Shown piece after piece: positions 53,636 through 63,407 of a DNA stretch of 64,000 bases. Both the position numbers and the translations under genes were made by a program. The stretch comes from Patescibacteria group bacterium (GTDB taxonomy: Bacteria > Patescibacteriota > Patescibacteriia > GWA2-46-9): NCBI GenBank assembly GCA_041660005.1, contig JBAZXG010000004.1, forward strand, positions 5,720 through 69,719. The letters run 5' to 3'. Each line of letters opens with the position of its first letter. The stretch's first letter is position 1. The notes under the pieces were generated by a model that had not been told where the DNA came from, ran no database searches, and saw only the letters and a program-made list of their open reading frames with translations.

Positions 53636-53654
53636 GGCGGACGGAAAACGGAGC

Positions 53655-53888
53655 TCATGGCGAGGCTCCAGTGGGATTCTTCTTCCGGCTGAGAACGCCG
53701 GTGAGCAGATCCAACATCTGCCTGGGACCAAACCCGGTAGGAAGCTCGTGCCTCCTGTTTGCGGCTTCCCCCTGAATCCGCTTATCGAGCGCCTTGAGCG
53801 TTCTGAGACTACACGCCTCGAGGTCACTCCTCGCTTCCGCGGGGTTCAGGCTGAGAAATGCAACGATGTCGAGGTCTTGAATCGGCAT
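53655..53888 (-). CDS. Hypothetical 77-aa protein (Val-attenuator cargo 2)
   Basis: SD AGGAGG overlapping upstream stop; MPIQDLDIVAFL... Confidence 0.65.
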   Translation of the reverse strand: MPIQDLDIVAFLSLNPAEARSDLEACSLRTLKALDKRIQGEAANRRHELPTGFGPRQMLDLLTGVLSRKKNPTGASP

Positions 53889-53901
53889 TATAAGGGGCCT
53901 C

Positions 53902-54024
53902 CTAGTCCCCGAACGACGCAGGCCCAATCAGGGCTTCTTGCTCTGCTTCCGGAAGGTCCGGAAACGTCGTAATGCGGATCACTTCTTCTGCCGCCACTTC
54001 CCCAGCCACGCCTTCGTTCTTCAT
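53902..54024 (-). CDS. Hypothetical 40-aa acidic peptide (Val-attenuator cargo 1)
   Basis: SD GGGAG; MKNEGVAGEVAAEEVIRITTFPDLPEAEQEALIGPASFGD. Confidence 0.6.
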   Translation of the reverse strand: MKNEGVAGEVAAEEVIRITTFPDLPEAEQEALIGPASFGD

Positions 54025-54034
54025 GATTTCTCCC

Positions 54035-54072
54035 TATAACGCAAACTGCTCCGAGTTCTTCGGAGCAGTTTG
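54035..54072 (-). terminator. Attenuator hairpin of val leader
   Basis: CAAACTGCTCCG-AAGAACT-CGGAGCAGTTTG 12-bp stem; T-tract is weak. Confidence 0.75.
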
Positions 54073-54096
54073 GGTCTTTGTTATTGAACGTTGACC

Positions 54097-54183
54097 TCAA
54101 ATTGCTCCGTCGTCGACAACGACAATACCAACGACGTTCTTCACGACGATGGAATTAAGAGAGTTTGAGGTGATGTGTTTCAT
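54097..54183 (-). CDS. Val-rich attenuator leader peptide MKHITSNSLNSIVVKNVVGIVVVDDGAI
   Basis: 7 Val within 11 codons plus 4 Ile; CGGAGCAATTTG pairs 11/12 with the terminator 5' arm. Confidence 0.85.
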   Translation of the reverse strand: MKHITSNSLNSIVVKNVVGIVVVDDGAI

Positions 54184-54190
54184 CTTTACT

Positions 54191-54218
54191 AACATAGCAC
54201 ATCCGACTCGAACGTCAA
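54191..54218 (-). promoter_or_regulatory. Sigma70-type promoter of val leader
   Basis: TTGACG-16 nt-TATGTT with TGn extension, 7 nt before ATG. Confidence 0.65.
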
Positions 54219-54221
54219 GCG

Positions 54222-55409
54222 CTAGTCGTAAAGCCGAATGAGTTCGTTAAATTTGTCTAGCCGTTCGTGTATTGGTACGCCGATCTTGAGGCCATACGCC
54301 CCACCGGCCTTAGCCAGGTGAACAATAAAAGCGTCATTAGTTTCTCCGGATCGATGTGAGACTATCGTTTTAATGCCATGCTTTCTCGCGATATTCACGG
54401 AAGCGCATGCTTCACTGACTGAGCCAACTTGATTCGGCTTAATGATAACCCCGCTAATGCTATGAGCCAGTTTTTCTATTCGTTTAGGGTTTGTCACAGT
54501 TAAATCGTCGCCCACAATGAGTTTATTCGGGAATTTTTCCTTAGATTGCCTAAAACCATTTTCGTCGTCTTCTGAAAAATGATCTTCTATAGAAACGAGC
54601 TCAGGCACACGTTTAAAATAATCTTTGTAAACAGCTAAAAGCTCTACCGTAGAAAGTTTCTTCCCTCCAAAATGATAAGCCCCGCTGCGGTAAAATTCAG
54701 AGGCGGCTACATCTAACCCTAAACGAAATGTATAGCCACCCCTTACTTTGGCAACAGCCCGCTGCAATAACGTAAGAGGTGTTAAATTATCTTTGAAGTC
54801 ATACGAGTAACCGCCTTCGTCACCAATCGCTAAGTTCGAAATGTTATATTTCTTTTTAGTCAAATCTCCAAGCAAGCGATAGACAGAGGAAAGCTCTTGC
54901 GTTAACTCAGCGTAGGTTGACTTAACTCTGGCAATAATCATGTACTCCTGAATGTCTAGACTGTTGGTGGCATGCGCTCCCCCGTTAATGGTATTTGAAA
55001 AAATGAGCGGCCTTGTCTCCTGAACACCTTTAAAAAATTCTTTTCGCAACACTTCCCATGGTGCCTTTTTTTGTTCGTCCGCCAAAGCTCGCACAAAAGC
55101 AATCGAGCACCCAAGGATAACGTTGCCGCCTAATTTTTCTTTACGCGACGTTGGGTCAAGCGAGAGTAAGACAGAGTCAAACTGCTGAACGCTACTAAAA
55201 TTTTTACCGAGAACGTATTTTTCTATTTTCAAAACTGATTTTTTCGCGGCAGAAAAGTCGAAGATACTCGCTTCAAGACTGCCGCAACTAGCTCCCGCCG
55301 GCACGCTAGCAAGAAACGACTTACTGTTATGTCCTTGCAGTTCAATTTCAATCGTTGGATTACCGCGAGAATCAAAAATTTTACGTACCTTCAATTCTTT
55401 TACTCTCAT
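54222..55409 (-). CDS. eno: Enolase (catalytic motifs intact)
   Basis: DSRGNPT, NGGAHA, QE, GDEGG, VGDDL, IKPNQVG, SHRSGET. Confidence 0.92.
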   Translation of the reverse strand: MRVKELKVRKIFDSRGNPTIEIELQGHNSKSFLASVPAGASCGSLEASIFDFSAAKKSVLKIEKYVLGKNFSSVQQFDSVLLSLDPTSRKEKLGGNVILGCSIAFVRALADEQKKAPWEVLRKEFFKGVQETRPLIFSNTINGGAHATNSLDIQEYMIIARVKSTYAELTQELSSVYRLLGDLTKKKYNISNLAIGDEGGYSYDFKDNLTPLTLLQRAVAKVRGGYTFRLGLDVAASEFYRSGAYHFGGKKLSTVELLAVYKDYFKRVPELVSIEDHFSEDDENGFRQSKEKFPNKLIVGDDLTVTNPKRIEKLAHSISGVIIKPNQVGSVSEACASVNIARKHGIKTIVSHRSGETNDAFIVHLAKAGGAYGLKIGVPIHERLDKFNELIRLYD

Positions 55410-56446
55410 AGGTTTGTAACTATGTTTTTCGACTTCCCGTCATAAAACGCATGAATATTATCATAGGTAATTCCCATGATGCGCTCCATGGCCTCCTGCG
55501 TATTGAAAGCATTGTGCGGACTCACCAGTACATTTGGCATCGACATCAGCACATGATTTTCAAAAGCAATCTTGAACTTATCCGATGAGACACCAGCGTT
55601 TTTCAAAAACGTGAACTCATCGCTGATTTCCCCTTCTTCCTCGAGTACATCAAGTGCTGCACCAGCCAACGTGCCGTCGTTCAATGCGCGTACCAAAGCA
55701 TCAGTCTCCACGAGTCCTCCTCGAGCGGTGTTGATCAAATAGGCACCTTTTTTCATGATGCCAATATTCGTTGCATTAATGAGGTGATGCGTATTTTTAT
55801 TATACGGCGCGTGCAAGGTAACGACGTCGGACGAGCGCAGTAGTTCTTCCATGCTCACGAAACGAAAACCCATGTCTTTAGCAACTAGCTCGTCAGGCGT
55901 CGGATCATGGGCAAGAACGTTCATACCAAACCCGAGTGCAATGTGCACCGCTACCATGCCAATGCGACCAGTACCAACAATACCTATCGTTTTCCCTTTA
56001 AGATCAGTACCCCGCAATCCGTCTGGAGAAAACGGTCCCGATTCTTTAACGCGATGAATCGCTTGGTAAATATTTCGGGTTAAGCTCAGCAGTAATCCAA
56101 AAGCATACTCGGCAACCGTATGGTCTCCATATCCAGGGACATAGGTAACGGCCACACCTCGATTTTTACAAGCTACAAGGTCAATGTGGTCATACCCCGT
56201 TGAACGAGCTGCAATGAGCTTGAGCTTAGGCAGCTTATCTAACTCCGCTGCCGTAACTTCAGAATGAACAAAAATAGAAACAACTTCGAGCTTTACAGCA
56301 ATCTCAGGGCTAACCGACGACAGTGACTCTCTGCTGAAATAAATCTCTGCACCAGGAAATTCTTTTTGAATCTGCGCTTCTTCCCATCCTTCAAGATCAA
56401 AAAAACCTATCACTCCCTTCTGGTCGATTGCATCAGCTGCTTTCAT
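55406..56446 (-). CDS. D-2-hydroxyacid dehydrogenase (D-lactate dehydrogenase-like)
   Basis: RSTGYDHID, GTGRIG, INTARG, LDVLEEE, SPHNAF. Confidence 0.88.
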   Translation of the reverse strand: MKAADAIDQKGVIGFFDLEGWEEAQIQKEFPGAEIYFSRESLSSVSPEIAVKLEVVSIFVHSEVTAAELDKLPKLKLIAARSTGYDHIDLVACKNRGVAVTYVPGYGDHTVAEYAFGLLLSLTRNIYQAIHRVKESGPFSPDGLRGTDLKGKTIGIVGTGRIGMVAVHIALGFGMNVLAHDPTPDELVAKDMGFRFVSMEELLRSSDVVTLHAPYNKNTHHLINATNIGIMKKGAYLINTARGGLVETDALVRALNDGTLAGAALDVLEEEGEISDEFTFLKNAGVSSDKFKIAFENHVLMSMPNVLVSPHNAFNTQEAMERIMGITYDNIHAFYDGKSKNIVTNL

Positions 56447-56447
56447 A

Positions 56448-58904
56448 CTAGCGTCGACGCTTGCGTCGCAATAAAGACCTATTCTTTTTTTCGTGCTCGG
56501 CTATCACAATAGTCATATCAAGAACAGCATCAGGATTAAGCGAAATGCTTTCGATACCCTGATCAACTAAAAACTTTCCGAACTCAGGGTAGTCAGAAGG
56601 AGCCTGCCCGCAAATACCAATATATTTTTTACGCCGTAAACATGCCTGAATAGCCCGCACCACCATTTCTTGAAGAGCCGGGCTCTTTTCATTGCCCACA
56701 TGAGCCACGATGCCCGAGTCTCTATCTAAACCGAGTGTTAACTGTGTTAAGTCGTTGGAACCGATGGACATGCCGTCAAAAATATCTAGGAATGCATCTG
56801 CCTGAATAACATTTGACGGAATTTCACACATGACATAAATTCTCAGTTTTCGGTCTGTTGTTTTAGAGAGGCCGTGCTTGGCCATGACCGCTATAACTTT
56901 TTTTCCTTCTTCAGGAGTTCGGCAAAATGGCACCATCGGAAGAACATTAGTGAGCCCCATCTCATTTCTGACCCTGATCAAGGCCTCACATTCCAGACCA
57001 AACGCTTCGGCAAATTTAGGATCGTAGTAACGTGAAGCGCCCCTCCATCCCAGCATTGGATTTTCCTCAATCGGTTCATAGCGCTCTCCGCCAAGTAGGG
57101 TTCGGTATTCGTTCGTCTTAAAATCCGAAAAGCGAATAATTACTTCATGCGGCCAAAAGGTCGCACCAATTTTAGCTATACCCTCTGATAATTTATCAAC
57201 GTAGTACTTAGACTTCTTGGTATAGCCAACCGTCAATGCGTCAATTTCTGAAACTAAACGACGGGCCTTAACGTCTTTTTTTGCTTCTCGCTTCAATTTC
57301 GTATATTCGATTAAGGCATTGGGGTGAACCTTCACATGTGCGGCAATAATAAACTCGAGGCGTCCAAGACCTACCCCCTCAGCCGGCGAGGCGTGGTACT
57401 GGAAAGCGCCGTCGGGCGACGCCAAAATCATCATTACTTTTGTTTTTGTTTTTGGAATTTGTTTGAGGCTCCTCTTTGAAACTGAGAACGGCAACTCCCC
57501 GGCGTACACAATTCCCGATTCTCCGGATGAGCAATCGATCGTTACCGGCATACCATTCTTCAACACTGCGGTAGCATTATTAGTTCCGACGATGCAGGGA
57601 ATACCCAATTCACGCGACACAATAGCCGCATGACTAGTGCGCCCACCCTTGTCGGTAACAATAGCCGAAGCTATTTTCATGATGGGCTCCCAATCAGGAT
57701 CAGTAATGCCCGTCACCAATACCTCTCCTTTTTGGAAAGTACTCATTTGCTTCGCACTTTTAATCGCTCGCACTTTGCCTACGGCTACCTTAGAACCTAC
57801 TGCAATGCCGTTCACCAGCACTTTACCTTTACGCTTTAAGGTGTAAGTAATTTGCACACTGGCGTCCGCCATGGCGTGAACCGTTTCTGGCCGCGCTTGC
57901 ACAATATACAGTTTTCCATTTTTGCCATCTTTTGCCCACTCAATATCCATGGGCTGATAGTGACCGCGTTTTTTGGAAAAATATTTTTCAATCTCGACAC
58001 ACCAACGTCCTAACTGCAAGACCTCTCGGTCCGTTAAACAATACTTCTGACGATCTGCCGGTGCTACGTTCACTTGCTTAATGCCGGTCTTGGCATAAAT
58101 CATCTTGACCTTTTTTGAGCCCAAGGTCCTGGAAATAATCGCCTGCTTCCCAGCGGCGAGCGTTGGTTTAAAAACGGTAAACTCATCTGGAGTCACCTTG
58201 CCTTGCACCACCATTTCGCCTAAACCGTAAGACCCCGTAATCGACACCACTTTATCAAACCCTGTTTCTGTATGAATAGTAAAGGCAACACCGCTTGCAG
58301 CGAGATCAGATCGAACCATTATCTGCACGCCAACAGACAAGGCAATTTTGGTGTGGGAGAAACCCTTATCAGCTCGGTATGAAATAGCGCGATCGGTAAA
58401 AAGTGAAGCAAAGCAGCGTCGCGTAGCATCGAGAACGGCTGCAGTTCCCTGCATATTCAAGAACGTCTCCTGTTGGCCGGCAAAGGAAGCGCCGGGTAAA
58501 TCTTCGGCTGTGGCAGAAGAACGAATCGCCACGTCAATACGTTTACCAAAACGACGTTCAAGCTCTTGGTAACCCGCAATAATTTCTTTCTCTAAATCTT
58601 CTGGGAATGAAGTTTTTAAAAAAAGATCGCGAACCTGCTTGCCGCGATGCTGCAAATCAACAACCCGCCGGGTATCTAACCCCTTAAGAATTTCGGTAAT
58701 ACGCCGGTCAATGCTGTTGTGACGAACAAAATACTGATAGGCATGAGCGGTAATAGCAAAACCATCTGGCACCTTAACACCCTTAGGAACAAGCGCCGCA
58801 TAGAGTTCACCGAGCGCCGCATTTTTTCCTCCAACATAGGGCACATCTTCTATTGCGAGTTCTCGAAACGAAATAGTCAAACGTTCGGCTTTCTTCTGAG
58901 TCAT
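56448..58904 (-). CDS. ppsA: Phosphoenolpyruvate synthase
   Basis: VGGKNA, RSSATAEDL, QARPETV, GGRTSHAAI, SIGSNDLTQ. Confidence 0.96.
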   Translation of the reverse strand: MTQKKAERLTISFRELAIEDVPYVGGKNAALGELYAALVPKGVKVPDGFAITAHAYQYFVRHNSIDRRITEILKGLDTRRVVDLQHRGKQVRDLFLKTSFPEDLEKEIIAGYQELERRFGKRIDVAIRSSATAEDLPGASFAGQQETFLNMQGTAAVLDATRRCFASLFTDRAISYRADKGFSHTKIALSVGVQIMVRSDLAASGVAFTIHTETGFDKVVSITGSYGLGEMVVQGKVTPDEFTVFKPTLAAGKQAIISRTLGSKKVKMIYAKTGIKQVNVAPADRQKYCLTDREVLQLGRWCVEIEKYFSKKRGHYQPMDIEWAKDGKNGKLYIVQARPETVHAMADASVQITYTLKRKGKVLVNGIAVGSKVAVGKVRAIKSAKQMSTFQKGEVLVTGITDPDWEPIMKIASAIVTDKGGRTSHAAIVSRELGIPCIVGTNNATAVLKNGMPVTIDCSSGESGIVYAGELPFSVSKRSLKQIPKTKTKVMMILASPDGAFQYHASPAEGVGLGRLEFIIAAHVKVHPNALIEYTKLKREAKKDVKARRLVSEIDALTVGYTKKSKYYVDKLSEGIAKIGATFWPHEVIIRFSDFKTNEYRTLLGGERYEPIEENPMLGWRGASRYYDPKFAEAFGLECEALIRVRNEMGLTNVLPMVPFCRTPEEGKKVIAVMAKHGLSKTTDRKLRIYVMCEIPSNVIQADAFLDIFDGMSIGSNDLTQLTLGLDRDSGIVAHVGNEKSPALQEMVVRAIQACLRRKKYIGICGQAPSDYPEFGKFLVDQGIESISLNPDAVLDMTIVIAEHEKKNRSLLRRKRRR

Positions 58905-58964
58905 AATGAAAATACAGTTAATAGGTGCTAATAGTATAGCAGAACAAAGTCGGACGACCAAAAG

Positions 58965-59819
58965 TTACCCTTTGCCAATGCCAAACAAGTGCTTGGCATT
59001 TGCAGTCGTCGTGCGGGCAACCTCATCAAAGGAAAGACCTTTTATTTTTGCGAGGTGCGCTGCAGTGTAGGCAACGTACGCTGGTTCATTACGTTTTCCT
59101 CGATGCGGAACCGGTGTCAAATATGGACAATCTGTTTCTACGAGTAGTTTTTCTAACGGCGTTTTTCTGATAAAGGAATCCCAGCTTTGAGCAAAAGTAA
59201 TAATGCCTGAAAAGGAAATGTAAAAACCCAGGCTCATCAACCGTTCAGCTTCCTCTTCGGCGCCCGTAAAACAATGGATAACACCCCGCACTTTTGCATA
59301 CCTCGCTTGGGCCTCTTTAAGCATACGGTAGACGTCATCATAAGCGTCTCGGCAGTGAATAGAGAGCGGTAAATTAAGGTCTACGGCGAGTAAAATCTGC
59401 TGGCGAAAAACATCCTGCTGCGTACGTTTAACCGCTTCACGCTCGGCCTCAGTTCCTTCCAGCCGATAGTAATCGAGACCGACTTCACCGATTGCTACAA
59501 CTTTTGGCGAAGATCTTGCAAGGCGACGGTACATTTCAGCATCGAATATTTCCGCGCGACGGCGAAACCCCCCGCCGACCGGCGCACCCGTTTCTTCCGC
59601 GGGATCAAAGTACCCCTCGGTGGTATGCACCGGGTGCAGGCCTATGGCGGCCCACGCCCCGTCGTAACGCTTCGCGGTTTCTACTGTTTTTACACTTGTG
59701 TCCGCTTGCGTGCCGACGAGCAGCATCTCCACATTCGCTGCTAGTGAACGCCGAATAACCGCGTCACTATCTTCGCGGAAAGCGTTAAAATGTGGATGGG
59801 CGTGCGAGTCAAACAGCAT
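58965..59819 (-). CDS. tatD: TatD family nuclease
   Basis: DSHAH, IGEVGLDY, IHCR, HCF, ETDCPYL. Confidence 0.93.
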   Translation of the reverse strand: MLFDSHAHPHFNAFREDSDAVIRRSLAANVEMLLVGTQADTSVKTVETAKRYDGAWAAIGLHPVHTTEGYFDPAEETGAPVGGGFRRRAEIFDAEMYRRLARSSPKVVAIGEVGLDYYRLEGTEAEREAVKRTQQDVFRQQILLAVDLNLPLSIHCRDAYDDVYRMLKEAQARYAKVRGVIHCFTGAEEEAERLMSLGFYISFSGIITFAQSWDSFIRKTPLEKLLVETDCPYLTPVPHRGKRNEPAYVAYTAAHLAKIKGLSFDEVARTTTANAKHLFGIGKG

Positions 59820-60346
59820 TAAAAGTAGGACTGCAGCTGACGTACCGACTCAGGAAAGAGCGGACGCAAAATACTTGATGCCACAAGCAAGTACTGTGCA
59901 AGTTGAGATTGAATAACTGCATCGTTGAAACTGGTCCAAAGCGAATACTTGCCAGCAATATAAAGAAGCGTTCCCAAAACGAGTACCCCCAGGATTAAGC
60001 CAAAGAGCGCCCCCGCTAAGCGATTAATACTCTTAAGAAAAGGGAGAAAAGCCAAAAAATCGAAAGCTCGTTCCACCAAAAGAACGACAAAGCCAAAAAG
60101 CCTGCCGATGAGCAAAAAAAGAAATGCAAACGACGCTATGCGAGCAACTGCTTGAAATGGACCAAAAATTGGCCCCACGATATTGGCAAGCCAAAGATAA
60201 AATTGACCGGCAACGAACGCGGCAATAATAATGCCGATAATGCCTCCGATAGCGCGGATAAAACCATTACTAAAACCCCAGACGGCAAACCCAAAGAGAA
60301 GAATGGAAAGAATGATGTCAAGCGTAAAAAAATGGAAAACTTCCAT
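59819..60346 (-). CDS. CvpA family membrane protein
   Basis: D......GF..GF, NRLAGALFG, four TM. Confidence 0.8.
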   Translation of the reverse strand: MEVFHFFTLDIILSILLFGFAVWGFSNGFIRAIGGIIGIIIAAFVAGQFYLWLANIVGPIFGPFQAVARIASFAFLFLLIGRLFGFVVLLVERAFDFLAFLPFLKSINRLAGALFGLILGVLVLGTLLYIAGKYSLWTSFNDAVIQSQLAQYLLVASSILRPLFPESVRQLQSYF

Positions 60347-60349
60347 GTT

Positions 60350-61855
60350 CTATGCTGTTAACCTCGGAAAGAGCGGTTGCGGTGAGGCAATTTTTGGAGC
60401 ACTGACCTCTGAACCCCAAACCGAGGCCTCGGCTAAAGGTCGGTCATGCTCTTGCTCGAGTCCAAGGAGAATAAAAATTTTGTCTGACGTTTGAGGAAGC
60501 AGGGGCTGCAACAACCAAGCCAGCTGCCGCAGACTCTCCACTAGCGTACCGAGTACTATTTCCAATGTTTCTTTTTTTTGTGGATCTTTTTTAAGTACCC
60601 AGGGTGCCTGCTCGTCAATATAACGATCGCCAGCGCGAATTGCTTGCCATATCACCTCAAGCGCGCGACCAGGTTCATTGGCAGCAAACAGTTCATGATA
60701 CTCTCGCCAGGTATTCTCAAAAATTGGACGCAGGGCGTCCCCGACCGATAAATGATCAACGTCTTTAGCAAGTGTCAACACGCGACTGACGTAGTTTCCC
60801 AAGCCGCTCGCGAGATCGCTGTCATAACGGCCAGCCAGACGTTCGATGGAGAAATCACCGTCCCCGCCAAAAGGTATTTCGCGCAGCAAGAAATAGCGCA
60901 GCGCATCAACGCCGTAGGTTTCTACTAAGTCGCGGGGGTCAATGGCGTTACCTAAGGATTTAGAAATTTTTTGTCCGGAGATAGTAAAAAATCCATGTGC
61001 AAACACTCTGAGCGGTAACGGCAGACCTGCCGCCAAAAGCATAGCCGGCCAGAGAGCACAGTGGAATTTTGTAATGTCCTTACCGATAATATGTAGATCA
61101 GCCGGCCACCAACGGTTAAATTTTTCTTCATCAGTCCCGTAACCAACACCCGTAAGATAATTGAGTAAAGCATCGAACCACACATAGATAACCTGCGACT
61201 CGTCCCCGGGAACAGGAATTCCCCAGCCCTTAGACGGACGCGAGATACTGATATCTTCAAGGTGATTGGTAATGTAGTTCAATACTTCGTTTCGCCTTGC
61301 TGCGGGTGCCACCAGGCCTGTATTGCGTTCGTGGTAATCGAGAAGGGCCTGCTTATACTTTGACAAGCGAAAAAAGTAGTTATCTTCTTTTACCAACTCC
61401 GGCTTTCGATTATGGTCAGGACAAAGGCCTTCTGCTGTTAAGTCGGCCTCACGATAAAATGCCTCACAGCCGACGCAGTATAACCCCTCATAGCTGCCCT
61501 TATAGATGTCGCCGGCGGCTTCAACGGCGTGCCAAAATTTTTCTACACCACGACGGTGACGTTCTTCGGTTGTCCTAATAAAATCGTCATTTGATATAGC
61601 AAGCTCATCCCAGGTTACTTGCCAGAGCGCTGACATGCGGTTCACATAGTCCTGCACATTAGACTCCCCTTCGCGCGTTGCGGCTTCGACATTTTTTTCA
61701 GCATTCTCATCAGTCCCCGTAAGAAGCAGGGTTCTCTCGCCCACCAATCGATGGTAGCGGGCAAAAGTATCGGCAGCAAAAGTCGCATAGGCGTGACCAA
61801 TATGCGGCCGATCGTTCACATAGTAAATGGGTGTAGTAATGTAAAATTTTTCCAT
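60350..61855 (-). CDS. metG: Methionyl-tRNA synthetase (short form)
   Basis: YITTPIYYVN, HIGH, YVWFDAL, KISKS. Confidence 0.96.
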   Translation of the reverse strand: MEKFYITTPIYYVNDRPHIGHAYATFAADTFARYHRLVGERTLLLTGTDENAEKNVEAATREGESNVQDYVNRMSALWQVTWDELAISNDDFIRTTEERHRRGVEKFWHAVEAAGDIYKGSYEGLYCVGCEAFYREADLTAEGLCPDHNRKPELVKEDNYFFRLSKYKQALLDYHERNTGLVAPAARRNEVLNYITNHLEDISISRPSKGWGIPVPGDESQVIYVWFDALLNYLTGVGYGTDEEKFNRWWPADLHIIGKDITKFHCALWPAMLLAAGLPLPLRVFAHGFFTISGQKISKSLGNAIDPRDLVETYGVDALRYFLLREIPFGGDGDFSIERLAGRYDSDLASGLGNYVSRVLTLAKDVDHLSVGDALRPIFENTWREYHELFAANEPGRALEVIWQAIRAGDRYIDEQAPWVLKKDPQKKETLEIVLGTLVESLRQLAWLLQPLLPQTSDKIFILLGLEQEHDRPLAEASVWGSEVSAPKIASPQPLFPRLTA

Positions 61856-61949
61856 ACGACTACCGAAAGCGTAGCGCGCCTAGGGCATTTGGTAAAGACG
61901 ACTCCACGAAAAGTCCCCTAACCGCTTCAGAGGATAAATGTAAAATGAC

Positions 61950-62015
61950 AAAAAAGGACGAGGGGCGGATCAATCAGCAGCACTGTTGCTACCAATCGAA
62001 CCCGCCCCTCTCGTC
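61950..62015 (-). terminator. Very long 3' hairpin terminator of islet 6
   Basis: GAGGGGCGG...CCGCCCCTC outer stem with inner AGCA/TGCT stem, then T7. Confidence 0.75.
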
Positions 62016-62016
62016 A

Positions 62017-62259
62017 CTAGTGGACGTTCGGCTTCGGAGGCTGACCTCCGTAGATGGTTTCGAACGCCTGATCGAGACTTGCTAGGGCAATGAACTCTTC
62101 GCGCATTGCCTGGCTCGTGCAGCGATCAAGAATGTCCGCCCATTGGGTCGAACCCCTTTTCCCTTCCCGAACTTCGTCAGAGAATTCACCGAGGAGCTCA
62201 GCGAGAAGGTTCTCTTCTTCCTCACCCAACTCCTGGTCGTTGTCGTCAGAATCAGCCAT
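62017..62259 (-). CDS. Hypothetical acidic 80-aa protein
   Basis: SD GAGGAG; acidic helical sequence. Confidence 0.7.
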   Translation of the reverse strand: MADSDDNDQELGEEEENLLAELLGEFSDEVREGKRGSTQWADILDRCTSQAMREEFIALASLDQAFETIYGGQPPKPNVH

Positions 62260-62277
62260 GATGTTGTCTCCTCTTGG

Positions 62278-62730
62278 CTAGCGTAGTACCTCATGACCAG
62301 CGTTGCAGTGATGAGTGCGGTAATCGGCTAACGCACGGAGAACCGCGTCTTTGAACCGCTCCGCCCGGGGCTGGTCTTCGATTGTTCGCTTGATCGTCAC
62401 GATCGTGGTTTTCATGACAATCACTCGGTTGTACCGGTGGGCCAGAGTCCAGAACCCCCAGGCGCCATAGGCAAACCATGGATCATTCCAGTAGAGCGAC
62501 GCAGGCACACAGGCAATCGCGAGGAGCAGGAGAAAAATGCCGACCAAGCTAGGTCGGACATCAATCCTCGTAATACCACTGATCGGATACGTGCCAGCGA
62601 CATCGTAGCGACCCCGCGCGCCAGTGAATAGACGCTCTTCGACGATTCCCTCAGTAAGAGCCAACTCACCCTCTCCGCGGCTCGAAGTGAACCACCCCAG
62701 AAACGGGACATCTGCCAAAATACGGTTCAT
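62278..62730 (-). CDS. Hypothetical membrane protein
   Basis: SD AGGAG/GAGGT before ATG 62730; central hydrophobic hairpin. Confidence 0.7.
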   Translation of the reverse strand: MNRILADVPFLGWFTSSRGEGELALTEGIVEERLFTGARGRYDVAGTYPISGITRIDVRPSLVGIFLLLLAIACVPASLYWNDPWFAYGAWGFWTLAHRYNRVIVMKTTIVTIKRTIEDQPRAERFKDAVLRALADYRTHHCNAGHEVLR

Positions 62731-62938
62731 GTTGGATACCTCTCTCCTGGTTGTTTTGGGCTGTATGGACATTGGAAAAGAACAGCCCTCCTTGGGAGCA
62801 CCCTAGTATTTTAGATGGAAATTAGCAAGTAACCCTTACCATTTCGTCGTACGTTCAGTACTCCCTAAGCAAAAGAAAATCTGCCCAACACAGGGACGAT
62901 CCTTTTAGCATGGGCAGTGGTAGAATCTATAGTAAAAT

Positions 62939-62972
62939 GAAAACCGCCCCGACGCTAGGTCGGAGCGGTTTT
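62939..62972 (-). terminator. Intrinsic terminator after HU gene
   Basis: AAAACCGCTCCGAC-CTAGC-GTCGGGGCGGTTTT. Confidence 0.8.
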
Positions 62973-62990
62973 CACAAACTGGGAAAAACC

Positions 62991-63272
62991 TTAAAGAACA
63001 GCGTCCTTCGCGGCCTTTGCAACGCGGAATTTAACCACGGTCTTTGCCGGGATCTGAATTTCCGCACCGGTTGCCGGGTTGCGTCCCATACGGGCGTTCC
63101 GGTGAACCTTGACGAGTTTCCCGATGCCAGGCACCAGGAACTCTCCGTTAACCTTTACCTCGCGGTACGCAAGGGTGGTCATGGCGTCAATAAACGCGCT
63201 GACGTCCTTCTTGCTCATGCTGGTTTTCTCGGCGAGCGCCTGGAGAACCTGCGATTTTGTCATCTTCGCCAT
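62991..63272 (-). CDS. hup: HU-family DNA-binding protein
   Basis: MTKSQ, PGIGK, RMGRNPATG, VVKFR. Confidence 0.93.
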   Translation of the reverse strand: MAKMTKSQVLQALAEKTSMSKKDVSAFIDAMTTLAYREVKVNGEFLVPGIGKLVKVHRNARMGRNPATGAEIQIPAKTVVKFRVAKAAKDAVL

Positions 63273-63407
63273 AGGCGATAATGGTTAGTAAATGAACTTA
63301 AGTTAGATGTTGAGGATGAATCCGCTTTGAGTAAGCAAGATTAACTGTCCCCAACTTGCAAGCAGTATACAGGAAAGCAAAATTGCCCGCAAATACAACA
63401 AGTCAAC

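Noticed and set aside
53570-53827. N-terminal extension of the UvrD ORF in the ORF track
   Set aside because: Runs through islet 5 and its hairpin; homology and a -10 element point to ATG 53569.
62855-62911. Possible uORF MLKGSSLCWADFLLLREY and hairpin upstream of islet 6
   Set aside because: No clear promoter, and the hairpin precedes the Leu codons, unlike an attenuator.
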